Source: an uncultured Oscillospiraceae bacterium (GTDB taxonomy: Bacteria; Bacillota; Clostridia; Oscillospirales; Oscillospiraceae). From it: 64,000 bases of DNA. The DNA lies in assembly GCA_964422935.1 (NCBI GenBank), contig CAYRDE010000001.1, positions 1,166 to 65,165 of the forward strand. The letters run 5' to 3'. Below are positions 28,303 to 37,558 of this stretch, in pieces; the first letter of the stretch is position 1, and each line of letters opens with the position of its first letter. Position numbers and translations under genes: made by a program. The notes under the pieces were generated by a model that worked only from the letters and a program-made list of their open reading frames with translations, ran no database searches and was not told where the DNA came from.

Positions 28303-28716
28303 GTGGCAGGAAACAAGAATTCCGGATATTTATTGGCCTTTCGACTTTCGGAAAAAGAGCTGGAAAAGAAGATGGATTCCTTCAAGGAAGAGTATGGAGA
28401 AGGGCAACACGGAATGGTCACCTGGGAGCTGTTTTGTTCCTATCTGGGGTACTCCGTGAAGGATGTCCGGGAATGCTATCAGAGAGGGAAGAGCAAGAAG
28501 AATGCATACACAACCCGGGCGGAGCTTTTGGAGAAGTTCTACACGGATGTTCGTGCAATGATGTTCCAGACCTCCAGCAGGCAACAGGCCCTTGCAAAGC
28601 ATCTGGCAACCATCAATCCGCTGATACCAGAAGAGGACGCAAAGGGCGGAGGCAAGCAAGAGATTTACGTTGTATTCGGGGGCACAGACCCCAGAGCGGA
28701 GGAGGCTATGAAGTGA
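28303..28716 (+). CDS. Probable terminase small subunit
   Basis: Size, position before TerL, C-terminal IYVVFGG strand. Confidence 0.55.
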   Translation: MAGNKNSGYLLAFRLSEKELEKKMDSFKEEYGEGQHGMVTWELFCSYLGYSVKDVRECYQRGKSKKNAYTTRAELLEKFYTDVRAMMFQTSSRQQALAKHLATINPLIPEEDAKGGGKQEIYVVFGGTDPRAEEAMK

Positions 28717-29333
28717 ACGACACAAAATAGTATTTTTGTTGCGTTAATTTTTCTTGAAATGTTCGGAGAATAACGAGTTAACATGGTAACTACGAACATT
28801 TTAATAGCAATTGGTAACAGCGTCCGTCAGTCGTGGAATGCAATGGCAATTAAGACAGGGCTGGGCGGGGCTCAGGTGCCCGGGCCAATAACCCCGGCGG
28901 AGATTTTTTTGAGTATCGATCAACAACCAACCATCAAAAGGAGACCCCACCCCCAGGGGAGTAGCGGAAAAGCGGGCGGGTCGTAATAGCGTATAGGTAT
29001 ATATATCGCACAGCCACCCTTTCGCCTTTGACCTTTGGACCAGAAAAAAGCATTTCGCCCTATATAGGTATAATATATATAACTTAGGTTTTTACTAAAG
29101 ACGTAGGTTTATATAAATAATAACGTTATATATTATAATAACCTAAGTTTCTACTAAAGATGTAAGTATTATAATATTCAAGCGCGATTTTTTAAACGAT
29201 TGGGGGTCCAGGAAAAGAGGCGGCTTCATTTGGAATCGCTGTCTTGAAAAAATAAAAAACAAAGAAAAAAGCGCGGGCTTCGGCGGCGCTCGCTGCCGTA
29301 CCATAGAGCCCAGCCGTATTTTGTATTACACAT

Positions 29334-29407
29334 GGCGCACAAGCATTTCGGTGATGCACCGGTCTTCCAAACCGGGGATAGGAGTTCGATTCTCCTGTGT
29401 GCCTCCA
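29334..29407 (+). tRNA. Phage tRNA-Gly(TCC)
   Basis: Full cloverleaf; anticodon loop CT-TCC-AA; T-loop TTCGATT; U73-CCA. Confidence 0.85.
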
Positions 29408-29447
29408 CTGGGATTTGAAGATCCCCGGAAATGAGGTGGGACTGCCG

Positions 29448-29612
29448 TTGCAGGTAAATGAAAAAGGCTTTCTGCTTTGCCCGATCTGCAAGCGAAAGAC
29501 AAACACAAGGGTGCTATCCGAAACCGTTCTGCGGCGGTTCCCCCTTTATTGCAGCCGATGCAAACAAGAGATCATCATTGACCACCCGGCAACTGAAAAA
29601 AAGAGAGCCTAG
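29448..29612 (+). CDS. Cysteine-rich KTR-domain zinc-finger protein
   Basis: LLCPICKRKTNTRV...TVLRRFPLYCSRCKQE; GAGGTG SD before TTG. Confidence 0.8.
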   Translation: MQVNEKGFLLCPICKRKTNTRVLSETVLRRFPLYCSRCKQEIIIDHPATEKKRA

Positions 29613-29633
29613 AGCCAAATACGCCAGAGCTAT

Positions 29634-29676
29634 GAGCCAGTGCATGGAAGGAAACTTCCTGTACTGGCTCTTTTTT
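29634..29676 (+). terminator. Terminator/attenuator ahead of terL
   Basis: GAGCCAGTGCA-GGAAG-GAAA-CTTCC-TGTACTGGCTC plus T6. Confidence 0.75.
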
Positions 29677-29701
29677 ATTTGCCGGAAAGGGGGAGGGAAG
29701 C

Positions 29702-31075
29702 GTGGCGGAGGAAAAAGACAACAGAATCGTGGTGGACCTGGGTGCTCCCAACTCTGAGCCCCAATGGAAATTCTTCTCTTCAAAGGCTAAGTACACCTGC
29801 TATGGCGGTGCCCGTGGCGGCGGCAAGACCTGGGCCATTGTGCGAAAGGCACTGCTGCTGGCCCTCTTTTTCAGCGGAATCCAGATCCTCATTATTCGCC
29901 GGGAGTATGACCAGCTGGAAAACCCCATCATCAAGCCCATGCTGAAGCTTCTCCCGCCCAGCATCCACAGCTACAACAAGACCCAGTATCAGCTGACCCT
30001 GTGTAACGGGAGCATGATCAAGTTTTCCAACATGCCGGACTATTCGGCGGCGGTGGAAGGCAAGTTCCAGGGCGGCTCCTGGGATGTGCTGTTCATCGAC
30101 GAGGCAACCCAGTTCCTGGAATCAGAGTTCCGTGGATTGGCGGCGATAGTCCGTGGCGACAACGGATTCCCAAAGAGGATTTATTTAACCTGTAACCCCG
30201 GCGGCGTGGGCCATTTCTGGGTGAAGCGGCTGTTCGTAGACCGGAACTTCCATGAGGGCGAAAATCCGGAGGACTATGTTTTTATCCCGGCGACGGTGTA
30301 CGACAACAAGAACATTAATCGGGACTACATCGACCAGCTGAATAACCTTCCCGAGGATATCCGGCGGGCCCACCGTGACGGCGACTGGAACGCCCTGTCC
30401 GGCGTGTACTTCGAGGAATTCCGGGACGGCGTTCATACCTGCAAGCCCTTCGTCATCCCCAGCCATTGGGCCCGGTATCGGTCCATGGACTACGGTCTGG
30501 ATATGCACTTCTGTATCTGGATTGCCGTGGACGAGACAAAGCGATGTTATGTCTACCGGCAGTTTGAGCAATCCAACATGTACGTCGCTGACGCTGCCCA
30601 AATGCAGCTTGCCTTGACCAGGCCGGACGAGGGGATCACCTACACCATAGCGCCTCCGGACCTGTGGGCCAGAAACCGGGAAAACGGCAAGAGTCAGGCG
30701 AACATCTTCGCGGAGAACGGGGTCCCGCTGTACCGGGCGGACAATAACCGGAAGCAGGGGTGGGCAGCCCTGAAGGAGCTGCTGAAGCTGAGGGAGGACG
30801 GAAAGCCCAGCCTCATCATCTTCGACACCTGCGGCAGCCTTATTGACTGCCTGAAATGCTTACAGCACGACAAGACAGACCCCAACGACGTTTCCAAATT
30901 CCCCCATGAGCTGACCCATGGCCCGGATGCTCTGCGGTACTTTGCCCAGACCTACACCATGCCCGGTGAGCAGGAGGTGGTGAAGCGGGAGGAAGAGGAG
31001 GACGAGGGGTACGAGATCGACTACCACACGGAGATGTGCGGCAGGAGAGTGACCAGGAGCTACATCATGGCTTAG
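29702..31075 (+). CDS. terL: Terminase large subunit
   Basis: YGGARGGGKT Walker A, LFIDEATQ Walker B, TCNPGG, DYG and HGPDALRY nuclease motifs. Confidence 0.95.
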   Translation: MAEEKDNRIVVDLGAPNSEPQWKFFSSKAKYTCYGGARGGGKTWAIVRKALLLALFFSGIQILIIRREYDQLENPIIKPMLKLLPPSIHSYNKTQYQLTLCNGSMIKFSNMPDYSAAVEGKFQGGSWDVLFIDEATQFLESEFRGLAAIVRGDNGFPKRIYLTCNPGGVGHFWVKRLFVDRNFHEGENPEDYVFIPATVYDNKNINRDYIDQLNNLPEDIRRAHRDGDWNALSGVYFEEFRDGVHTCKPFVIPSHWARYRSMDYGLDMHFCIWIAVDETKRCYVYRQFEQSNMYVADAAQMQLALTRPDEGITYTIAPPDLWARNRENGKSQANIFAENGVPLYRADNNRKQGWAALKELLKLREDGKPSLIIFDTCGSLIDCLKCLQHDKTDPNDVSKFPHELTHGPDALRYFAQTYTMPGEQEVVKREEEEDEGYEIDYHTEMCGRRVTRSYIMA

Positions 31076-31082
31076 GAAATCA

Positions 31083-31122
31083 CGGCCTACCATAGCCGAT
31101 AAAATACCGCCTACCATAGCGG
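31083..31122 (+). promoter_or_regulatory. Twin hairpins in the scaffold/capsid leader
   Basis: CGGC-CTACCATA-GCCG and CCGC-CTACCATA-GCGG: same loop, compensatory stem change, just before the SD. Confidence 0.7.
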
Positions 31123-31144
31123 CAGATTGGAAAGGAGAAACAAG

Positions 31145-32086
31145 ATGGATGACTTAGAGGTATTCGAAAGCGCGTTGTTCGGCGACGACTACCAGACCGA
31201 CGCTGATGTGAGCGCAGAAACCAACGAGGAAACCGAAACCCAGGAGCCGGAAGTGGAAGACACTCCCGAGAAGGAAAACGAGCAGGAAGCCTCAGAAGAC
31301 GCTACAACCGGAGAAAATTCCGAAGGTGAAAACACAAAGGAAAATCCGGAAAACACGCCTGAGAAGGACGCTGAGCCTGACGGTGCACCAGGAGACGGCG
31401 GTGAGCTGTTTACCCTGAAAGTGAACAAGCAGGAACGCCAGGTAACCCGGGAAGAGGTTATCAGCCTGGCCCAGAAGGGCGCGGACTATGATCGGGTGAA
31501 GCAGCAGTACGCCGACAGCCAGCAGACCATTCAGGCCTTGCAGGAAAAGGCGGAGGAGCTGGACAAGCGCCGGGATGTGCTGGACGTGCTGGACATGGTT
31601 GCTGGCGGCAGCAATACCCCGGTGGAGCAGCTGGTGGAAAGCTTGTATGTCAGCTACCGGAAGCGTTCCGGCATCTCTGAGGACGCCGCGAAGCTGGAGC
31701 TGAAAAACGCCCGCATGGAAAAGGAGCTGTCCGCCATGAAGGGCCAGGCGGAAAAGGCGGACAAGGGGCAGAAGACCGACGAGGCTTCCAGCCGATTCCA
31801 GCGGGACATGGAGGAATTCGAAAGGGAGTACCCCGATGTCAAGCTGGAGGACGCTCTGGTGGAAAAGCTTGCGGAGAACATTCGGTCCGGCATGAGCCTG
31901 ACCGCCGCATACCGCAGGATGGAGCGGCAGCAGCAGGCGGAGAGGGTCGCCGAGCTGGAGCGGCAGCTTGCGGCAGAGAAGCAGAACAAGAAGAACAAGC
32001 GTTCTTCCCCCGGCAGCCAGAAGGACAGCGGAGGCCGCAAGGGTATGAGCGACGTGGAAATTTTTGAAAAGGCGCTGTTCTCATAA
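31145..32086 (+). CDS. Capsid scaffolding protein
   Basis: Acidic N-terminus, LKVNKQE...AQKGADY, coiled coil, immediately before MCP. Confidence 0.75.
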   Translation: MDDLEVFESALFGDDYQTDADVSAETNEETETQEPEVEDTPEKENEQEASEDATTGENSEGENTKENPENTPEKDAEPDGAPGDGGELFTLKVNKQERQVTREEVISLAQKGADYDRVKQQYADSQQTIQALQEKAEELDKRRDVLDVLDMVAGGSNTPVEQLVESLYVSYRKRSGISEDAAKLELKNARMEKELSAMKGQAEKADKGQKTDEASSRFQRDMEEFEREYPDVKLEDALVEKLAENIRSGMSLTAAYRRMERQQQAERVAELERQLAAEKQNKKNKRSSPGSQKDSGGRKGMSDVEIFEKALFS

Positions 32087-32111
32087 GCGCCCATGAAAGG
32101 AGAAAGAAAAC

Positions 32112-33188
32112 ATGGCTGAAACCATTCATTTTTCTGAGAAGTTCAGAAGCACCCTGGCAAAGTATTTTGCCAGCAAGTCCCTGACTGAGGGGCTTTACAA
32201 CCACGATATCGATTCCGAGTTCACCGGCACCGATACGGTACATATCTACGAGATTGCCGTCACCGATATGAACAGCTACAACAAGGCCCAGGACCCCTCC
32301 ACGGGCAGCCGGTTTGGAACCGTGAAGGAAGTGGGCGACCATCAGTACACCTTCAAGCTGACCCAGGACGAGTCCTTTGACCGATCCATTGACCGGGGCA
32401 ACAACGACGCCCAGCTGTTCTTCAAGAAGGTGGGCGCCGTGATGAAGGCATACATGGACAAGCTGATCCGGCCCAACAAGGATAAGTACCGGTTTAAGAA
32501 GTGGATCGAGGAGGCTGGCATTCACACCGCCCTGAGCGCCGCCCCTGCCAAAAACACCATCGTGCAGATGATTCTGGATCTGCACAGCGCCATGATCGAC
32601 GAGAACGTGCCCGCTGACACCGGCACCCTGGTCATCTCCCGGGAGTATCTGACCGCCCTGAAGCTGTCTGACGAGTTCCTGAAGCTGACGGAAATCGGCT
32701 CCAAGGTGCTGCCTAAGGGCGCGGTGGGTATGTTGGACGGCCTGGCTGTGCTGCCCGTGTCCAAGCGGCTGCTTCCCGCCAACGTGTACTTTGCCATCTT
32801 CGTGAAGGATTCCATCATTGCCCCCGAGAAGATCAACCTCTTCCGGGCAATCAAGGATTCCGAAAACATGGACGGTGACCGGATTCAGTACCGGTGCAAG
32901 TATGATGCCTTCGTCATGCCCTCCCTGGCTGCCGGTGCGGCGGTGGCCTGTGCCAAGGATACCGTAGCCACCACCCCCACCATCGCCATTGCCAGCAACA
33001 AGGCGACCATCACCGCCGGTACGGACGAAACCATCTACTACACTCTGGACGGCTCTGATCCCCGGTACAAGAGCGCCGACGCTAAGGTATACAGCGCCGC
33101 TGTCACCCTGGCTTCCGGTGAAACTATCCGGGCCTGTGCCAAGAAGGATGGCCTGTTCATGTCTGGCGTAGCGGAAGCAACCAACTGA
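32112..33188 (+). CDS. Major capsid protein with C-terminal Ig/FN3-like domain
   Basis: GTDTVHI, LTQDESF..SID pattern; tail TPTI...IYYTLDGSDP. Confidence 0.8.
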   Translation: MAETIHFSEKFRSTLAKYFASKSLTEGLYNHDIDSEFTGTDTVHIYEIAVTDMNSYNKAQDPSTGSRFGTVKEVGDHQYTFKLTQDESFDRSIDRGNNDAQLFFKKVGAVMKAYMDKLIRPNKDKYRFKKWIEEAGIHTALSAAPAKNTIVQMILDLHSAMIDENVPADTGTLVISREYLTALKLSDEFLKLTEIGSKVLPKGAVGMLDGLAVLPVSKRLLPANVYFAIFVKDSIIAPEKINLFRAIKDSENMDGDRIQYRCKYDAFVMPSLAAGAAVACAKDTVATTPTIAIASNKATITAGTDETIYYTLDGSDPRYKSADAKVYSAAVTLASGETIRACAKKDGLFMSGVAEATN

Positions 33189-33239
33189 CCCAATGGCGGG
33201 GCGTAACAAGCGCCCCGCCTAACCAGAAAGGAGCCCAAT

Positions 33240-33677
33240 ATGATTTACCTTTTCCTTGCGGCGGTGGGGATGTGCGTCCTCATTTCCGCTGGCTGCGTTG
33301 CTGTCACCCTGCGGAACACCCGGCGGACGGAACGATGGAAGGATTCCATGCGCGCCTATTTCCAGAACTGTGTTTCTGCTTCTGAGTCAGCCATTCAGGC
33401 CTATGTAGACCAGAAGCTTGAACTTGCCGGAGAGGCGGCGGACGATATCCGGGAGAACGTTAACGAAACGGCGGGGAACCTCCGGGAAAGAATGGACGGC
33501 ATAGAGAAACAGATGGGCGAGATTGGGAAGCAGGTTGAGGATTTAAAGCTTGACTACAGGGAAGCCCAGGCGGCAGCAAGCCATATCAACGACTACGCGG
33601 CGGGGCTGGAAAGGATCTTCAACTATGACCCGGTGGATGCCCTGAAAAAGTCCCGGAAGGAAATGGGTGAGTTCTGA
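33240..33677 (+). CDS. Membrane-anchored coiled-coil phage protein
   Basis: N-terminal TM helix. Confidence 0.65.
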   Translation: MIYLFLAAVGMCVLISAGCVAVTLRNTRRTERWKDSMRAYFQNCVSASESAIQAYVDQKLELAGEAADDIRENVNETAGNLRERMDGIEKQMGEIGKQVEDLKLDYREAQAAASHINDYAAGLERIFNYDPVDALKKSRKEMGEF

Positions 33678-35380
33678 TGCCCAAGAAGTTTAAGCTGCCA
33701 ACCAACGACGAGATTCAGAAGAAGTACGAAAAGGCCTACGGCTTCAACCAGCAGATCGGCCTGTATGACCAGGTGACGGTCAACGAAAACTTCTACATCG
33801 GGAATCAGTGGGAGGGAATCGACAGCGGCGGCCTACCCACCCCTACCTTTAACCTCTTCAAGCGGAACATCAACTTCCAGGTGGCGTCCATCACCAGCGA
33901 CAGCCTGACCATCCGGGCGCTGCCCATGCCCTCCACCTCCGGCATCCCCATGAAGGACCTGGAAAGTGCTGCGGACATTGTGAGCCAGCAGTTCTCCGCC
34001 ATTATCAAGCGGAACCGGATTGTGGACATGAACCGGGAGTTCCTGAGAAACGCCGCCGTCACCGGAGACGGGTGTATGCACTTCTACTTTGACCCCACCA
34101 TTGACAATGGGCAGGCGGTCAAGGGGGAAATCGTGGCGGAAATCATCGATAACCTTCGGGTCCATTTCGGGAACCCCAACTGCCGGGATGTTCAGAACCA
34201 GCCCTACATCATCATTCCCCGTCGGGAGCTTATGGAGGATGTGCGATGGAGGGCGGAGAATCTGAAAGAGGCCGGAGAGTGCGAGATCGAAGACCCGGGT
34301 TCCATTATTCCGGACGGGGAGAAGTTCCAGAATAAGTATGATTCCTACACAGATGACAAGGTTACCGTTCTGACCTACTACTTCCGGAACCGGGACACCA
34401 AGACTATCTGGTGCTGTGAATCCACGGAAGCGGGCCTTCTGCGAAAGCCCTATGATACGGAGTACAGCCTGTACCCCATTGTGTGGCTGAACTGGGACTA
34501 TATCCGGGACTGCTACCACGGACAGGCCATGGTCACCGGCCTGATTGCCAACCAGAAGTTTATCAACAAGATGTTCGCCCTGGTCTCCATCTCCATGCTG
34601 ACCACCGCCTTCCCGAAGATCGTTTACGACAAGACGAAAATCACCCGGTGGAGCGGCGGCGTCGGTGAGGCGGTGGCGGTCAGCGGACCGGTGGAGAATA
34701 TTGCCAAGGTGCTGGAAGGGGCCTCTGTCAGCCCCCAGATTTACCAGTTTATCCAAATGGCAATCGACGAAACCAACACCTTGCAGGGAGCCACGGATGT
34801 TGCCATGGGCGACAGCCGCCCGGACAACACCTCCGCCATTATTGCCTTGCAGAGGGCAGCCAACACGCCTATGGAGATGACCAAGCAGAACGACCACCGG
34901 TGCCTTTCCGACGCCGGGAGAATCTGGCTGGACATGATGAGCGTCCGGTATGGAACTCGGTATGTGTCCGTGAATTTGCAGATGGACAAGCCCGGAGAGC
35001 AGCCCCTGGGGATGGACCTGGAGCCCCAGACCTTTACCCAGCAGTTCGATTTCTCCACCCTGAAGGACATTCGGCTGAGCATTGAGCAGGAGACAGGCGG
35101 CAGCTCCTACTGGTCGGAAATGGCCTCCATGCAGACATTGGACAATTTGCTGATGAATCAGCTGATTACGCCGGAACAGTACATTGCCCGTCTGCCAGAG
35201 GGATACATCACCAAGCGGGAGGAACTGCTTGCAGAGCTGCGGTCTGCCCGGATGGGCGGAATGGGCGGTCAGAATACCGGAACCGGCATGAGCCGGGACA
35301 CCACATCCGGTGACATGCCTGTTCCAGCGGGAGGCGGGAATGGGGCACTGCAACGAGCACTGAATAGAGAGGGAGTGTAG
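33677..35380 (+). CDS. Portal protein (P22-like)
   Basis: FYIGNQW, P.FN, DNTSAIIALQ patterns; 567 aa. Confidence 0.8.
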   Translation: MPKKFKLPTNDEIQKKYEKAYGFNQQIGLYDQVTVNENFYIGNQWEGIDSGGLPTPTFNLFKRNINFQVASITSDSLTIRALPMPSTSGIPMKDLESAADIVSQQFSAIIKRNRIVDMNREFLRNAAVTGDGCMHFYFDPTIDNGQAVKGEIVAEIIDNLRVHFGNPNCRDVQNQPYIIIPRRELMEDVRWRAENLKEAGECEIEDPGSIIPDGEKFQNKYDSYTDDKVTVLTYYFRNRDTKTIWCCESTEAGLLRKPYDTEYSLYPIVWLNWDYIRDCYHGQAMVTGLIANQKFINKMFALVSISMLTTAFPKIVYDKTKITRWSGGVGEAVAVSGPVENIAKVLEGASVSPQIYQFIQMAIDETNTLQGATDVAMGDSRPDNTSAIIALQRAANTPMEMTKQNDHRCLSDAGRIWLDMMSVRYGTRYVSVNLQMDKPGEQPLGMDLEPQTFTQQFDFSTLKDIRLSIEQETGGSSYWSEMASMQTLDNLLMNQLITPEQYIARLPEGYITKREELLAELRSARMGGMGGQNTGTGMSRDTTSGDMPVPAGGGNGALQRALNREGV

Positions 35381-35381
35381 T

Positions 35382-36332
35382 ATGCCTTTTGAACCCTTTA
35401 CCGCTGACGTGGAAATTGTTTCAAAGCTGCCGGACAATCCGACCGGCTCAGGAATCCCCGCGGCGGAGCTGAAAGCGTCATTCGACCGGGCAGCGGTGCT
35501 TTTGAAGGACTATATCAACACCGTACTTTACCCGGAGATCGGGAAGAGCGTTGACGTGGATGCCGCCATTACCGCCTTTCTGGACAAGACCCTGACCTCC
35601 GACGACCACCCGGCGGGGGCAAAGGCGGCGGGAGACGCCATTCGTGGCTTATTTACGGGCGCCGTCCACAGTGGGGACTATGTCCCCAGAAATGGCTTCG
35701 GCTATGAGATGGGCGGTCTTCGGACCATCAGCATCAGCGCCGGAAAGGCGGTCATGCAGGGAAATCTTGTCTCTGCCGCCTCCGGGAATGTGGAGCTGGA
35801 GGCAGGAGAGGTGGGACTGAACCGGAATGACCTGATTGTACTCCGGTTCTCCCGAACCGCCGATGGGATTGTCACAGTTTCGTTTGCTGCCGTGAAGGGG
35901 ACGGAAACCTCCGGACCTCCCAGTGATCCGACGGCATCCGGCGACGATATCAATACTGCCGGGGCAGTTACAAGAGATCTTCCCCTGTATCGGGTGACCT
36001 TCTCCGGCACCGGCATTGCGTCGGTTACTCCGCTGTTTATCCCAGAGGAGCCGACGGCGCTTTTGCAGTTTACCAATGTGGTCGTTCCTGCGGACAGCTT
36101 CCAGGAATATACGGCCTATGAGGAAGCGGGAATTTCGCACCGTGCCGCAGTCCCCCTCTCCGGTGTAACGGCGGACATGTGGCCCGATGTAACCTTTTCC
36201 CCCATTGACGCCCTTGATGGGGTCATGGTGTGCGTCGCGGAAAGCTACGCGGGAGGGGTGTATCTGTTTGCCACAGAAAAACCGGGTGCGGATGTTACTG
36301 TGCCGTTGATTGCGGTCAGAAAGAGGGCTTGA
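35382..36332 (+). CDS. Tail/tail-fibre-associated structural protein
   Basis: LDKTLT...AGAKAAGDAI and RNDLIVLRF...VKGT motifs seen in phage tail proteins. Confidence 0.6.
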   Translation: MPFEPFTADVEIVSKLPDNPTGSGIPAAELKASFDRAAVLLKDYINTVLYPEIGKSVDVDAAITAFLDKTLTSDDHPAGAKAAGDAIRGLFTGAVHSGDYVPRNGFGYEMGGLRTISISAGKAVMQGNLVSAASGNVELEAGEVGLNRNDLIVLRFSRTADGIVTVSFAAVKGTETSGPPSDPTASGDDINTAGAVTRDLPLYRVTFSGTGIASVTPLFIPEEPTALLQFTNVVVPADSFQEYTAYEEAGISHRAAVPLSGVTADMWPDVTFSPIDALDGVMVCVAESYAGGVYLFATEKPGADVTVPLIAVRKRA

Positions 36333-36334
36333 AT

Positions 36335-37315
36335 ATGATTGGAAGAACGAATGCGGGCGGCAGCGGCGGCCTGGCAAAGAGCACCCTTGTGGTGCAAACC
36401 GATACCGGCGCGACTGTCACGGTGACCAAGGGAGCGGAGATGAAAACTGCCCGTGAAAAATATGGCCTGTGGTCCTTTCCGGGCCTGGCCCCTGGGGAGT
36501 GGACCATCCGTGGCGAAAATGCCGAAGGACTGGTCCAGACCAAAACCGTGACCATGGACGGAGAAGGCTCCCAAACGGTCATGCTCCGCTTCAACTATAT
36601 TCCATCCTTCACCTACACCGGGGACTACAAAATCGTAAACGACAATGATAATGAAATCCTCACCAGCCTGGACAACTGGAAGATTCGGCTTCTGACCTCG
36701 GGAAAGCTGACCTTCACAGAGCTGCGGGGCGCGGAGGACGGCATTGATGTCTTCCTGGTGGGCGGCGGCGGGGGCGGCGCATCCAATGAAGGCGGCGGAA
36801 ACGGCGGTGGCGGGTCCGGTGGCGGTGGCTACACAACTACAGCCAGAGGGCTATCGATAGAAGCAGGCATCGCCTATGAGATCGCAGTGGGGGCTGGCGG
36901 CGTCAGCGGCAGCGATGGTGGAAACAGCAGCGCCTTTGCACAGCAGGCCAACGGTGGACACAGAGGAATCACTTATAGCAGGACGAATAACACTGGTAAT
37001 TATGCCGATGGTGGGTCAGGTGGCTCTGGTGGTGGCAGCGGGCCTTACGGAGAAGGCGGCGTGGATGGCGCCGATGGAACAGACGGTGGGAAAGGATCTG
37101 CCGGCAAGGGTCAGGGCGCCACTACCCGGGAATTCGGGGAGAAAACCGGGACCTTATACAGTAACGGCGGCACCTGCAGCGAAGGTGCACCATCGCCGAT
37201 GGGGGATAACACGGGCAATGGCGGCAGCGGCAGACCGTGGAATACGAATGGACCCGGCGGCACCGGCGGTTCCGGCATCATCATCATACGCAACCGCAGA
37301 GAGGAGGCTGCATAG
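36335..37315 (+). CDS. Glycine-rich tail fibre/receptor-binding protein
   Basis: VFLVGGGGGG...GGSGIIIIR glycine-rich domain. Confidence 0.75.
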   Translation: MIGRTNAGGSGGLAKSTLVVQTDTGATVTVTKGAEMKTAREKYGLWSFPGLAPGEWTIRGENAEGLVQTKTVTMDGEGSQTVMLRFNYIPSFTYTGDYKIVNDNDNEILTSLDNWKIRLLTSGKLTFTELRGAEDGIDVFLVGGGGGGASNEGGGNGGGGSGGGGYTTTARGLSIEAGIAYEIAVGAGGVSGSDGGNSSAFAQQANGGHRGITYSRTNNTGNYADGGSGGSGGGSGPYGEGGVDGADGTDGGKGSAGKGQGATTREFGEKTGTLYSNGGTCSEGAPSPMGDNTGNGGSGRPWNTNGPGGTGGSGIIIIRNRREEAA

Positions 37316-37558
37316 ATGGCAAAAACCATGGCAGTCATTATGGACGGCATTGTCTCAAACATGATTTGGTGCAGTGACACCCAGCCGGAAACGTCTGCCC
37401 TGAAAAGCCCGGGGGACCGGCCTGTGGGCATTGGTGATACCTATGTGGACGGCAGGTTCTACCGGGACGGGGCAGAAATCCTGACGCCTCTGGAAGAAGC
37501 CGAGCGGAAGCTGGCAGCCCTGGAGGCAGCCTATCGGGAAGGAGTGAACAGCCTTTGA
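37316..37558 (+). CDS. Tail-fibre-associated small protein
   Basis: VGIGDTYVDGRF motif after the fibre gene. Confidence 0.6.
   Translation: MAKTMAVIMDGIVSNMIWCSDTQPETSALKSPGDRPVGIGDTYVDGRFYRDGAEILTPLEEAERKLAALEAAYREGVNSL

Noticed and set aside
28112-28459. 115-aa ORF overlapping terS
   Set aside because: Its start codon is within the -35 box; no SD
31839-35437. Long minus-strand ORFs (456 and 534 aa)
   Set aside because: Antisense shadows of GC-biased capsid and portal genes
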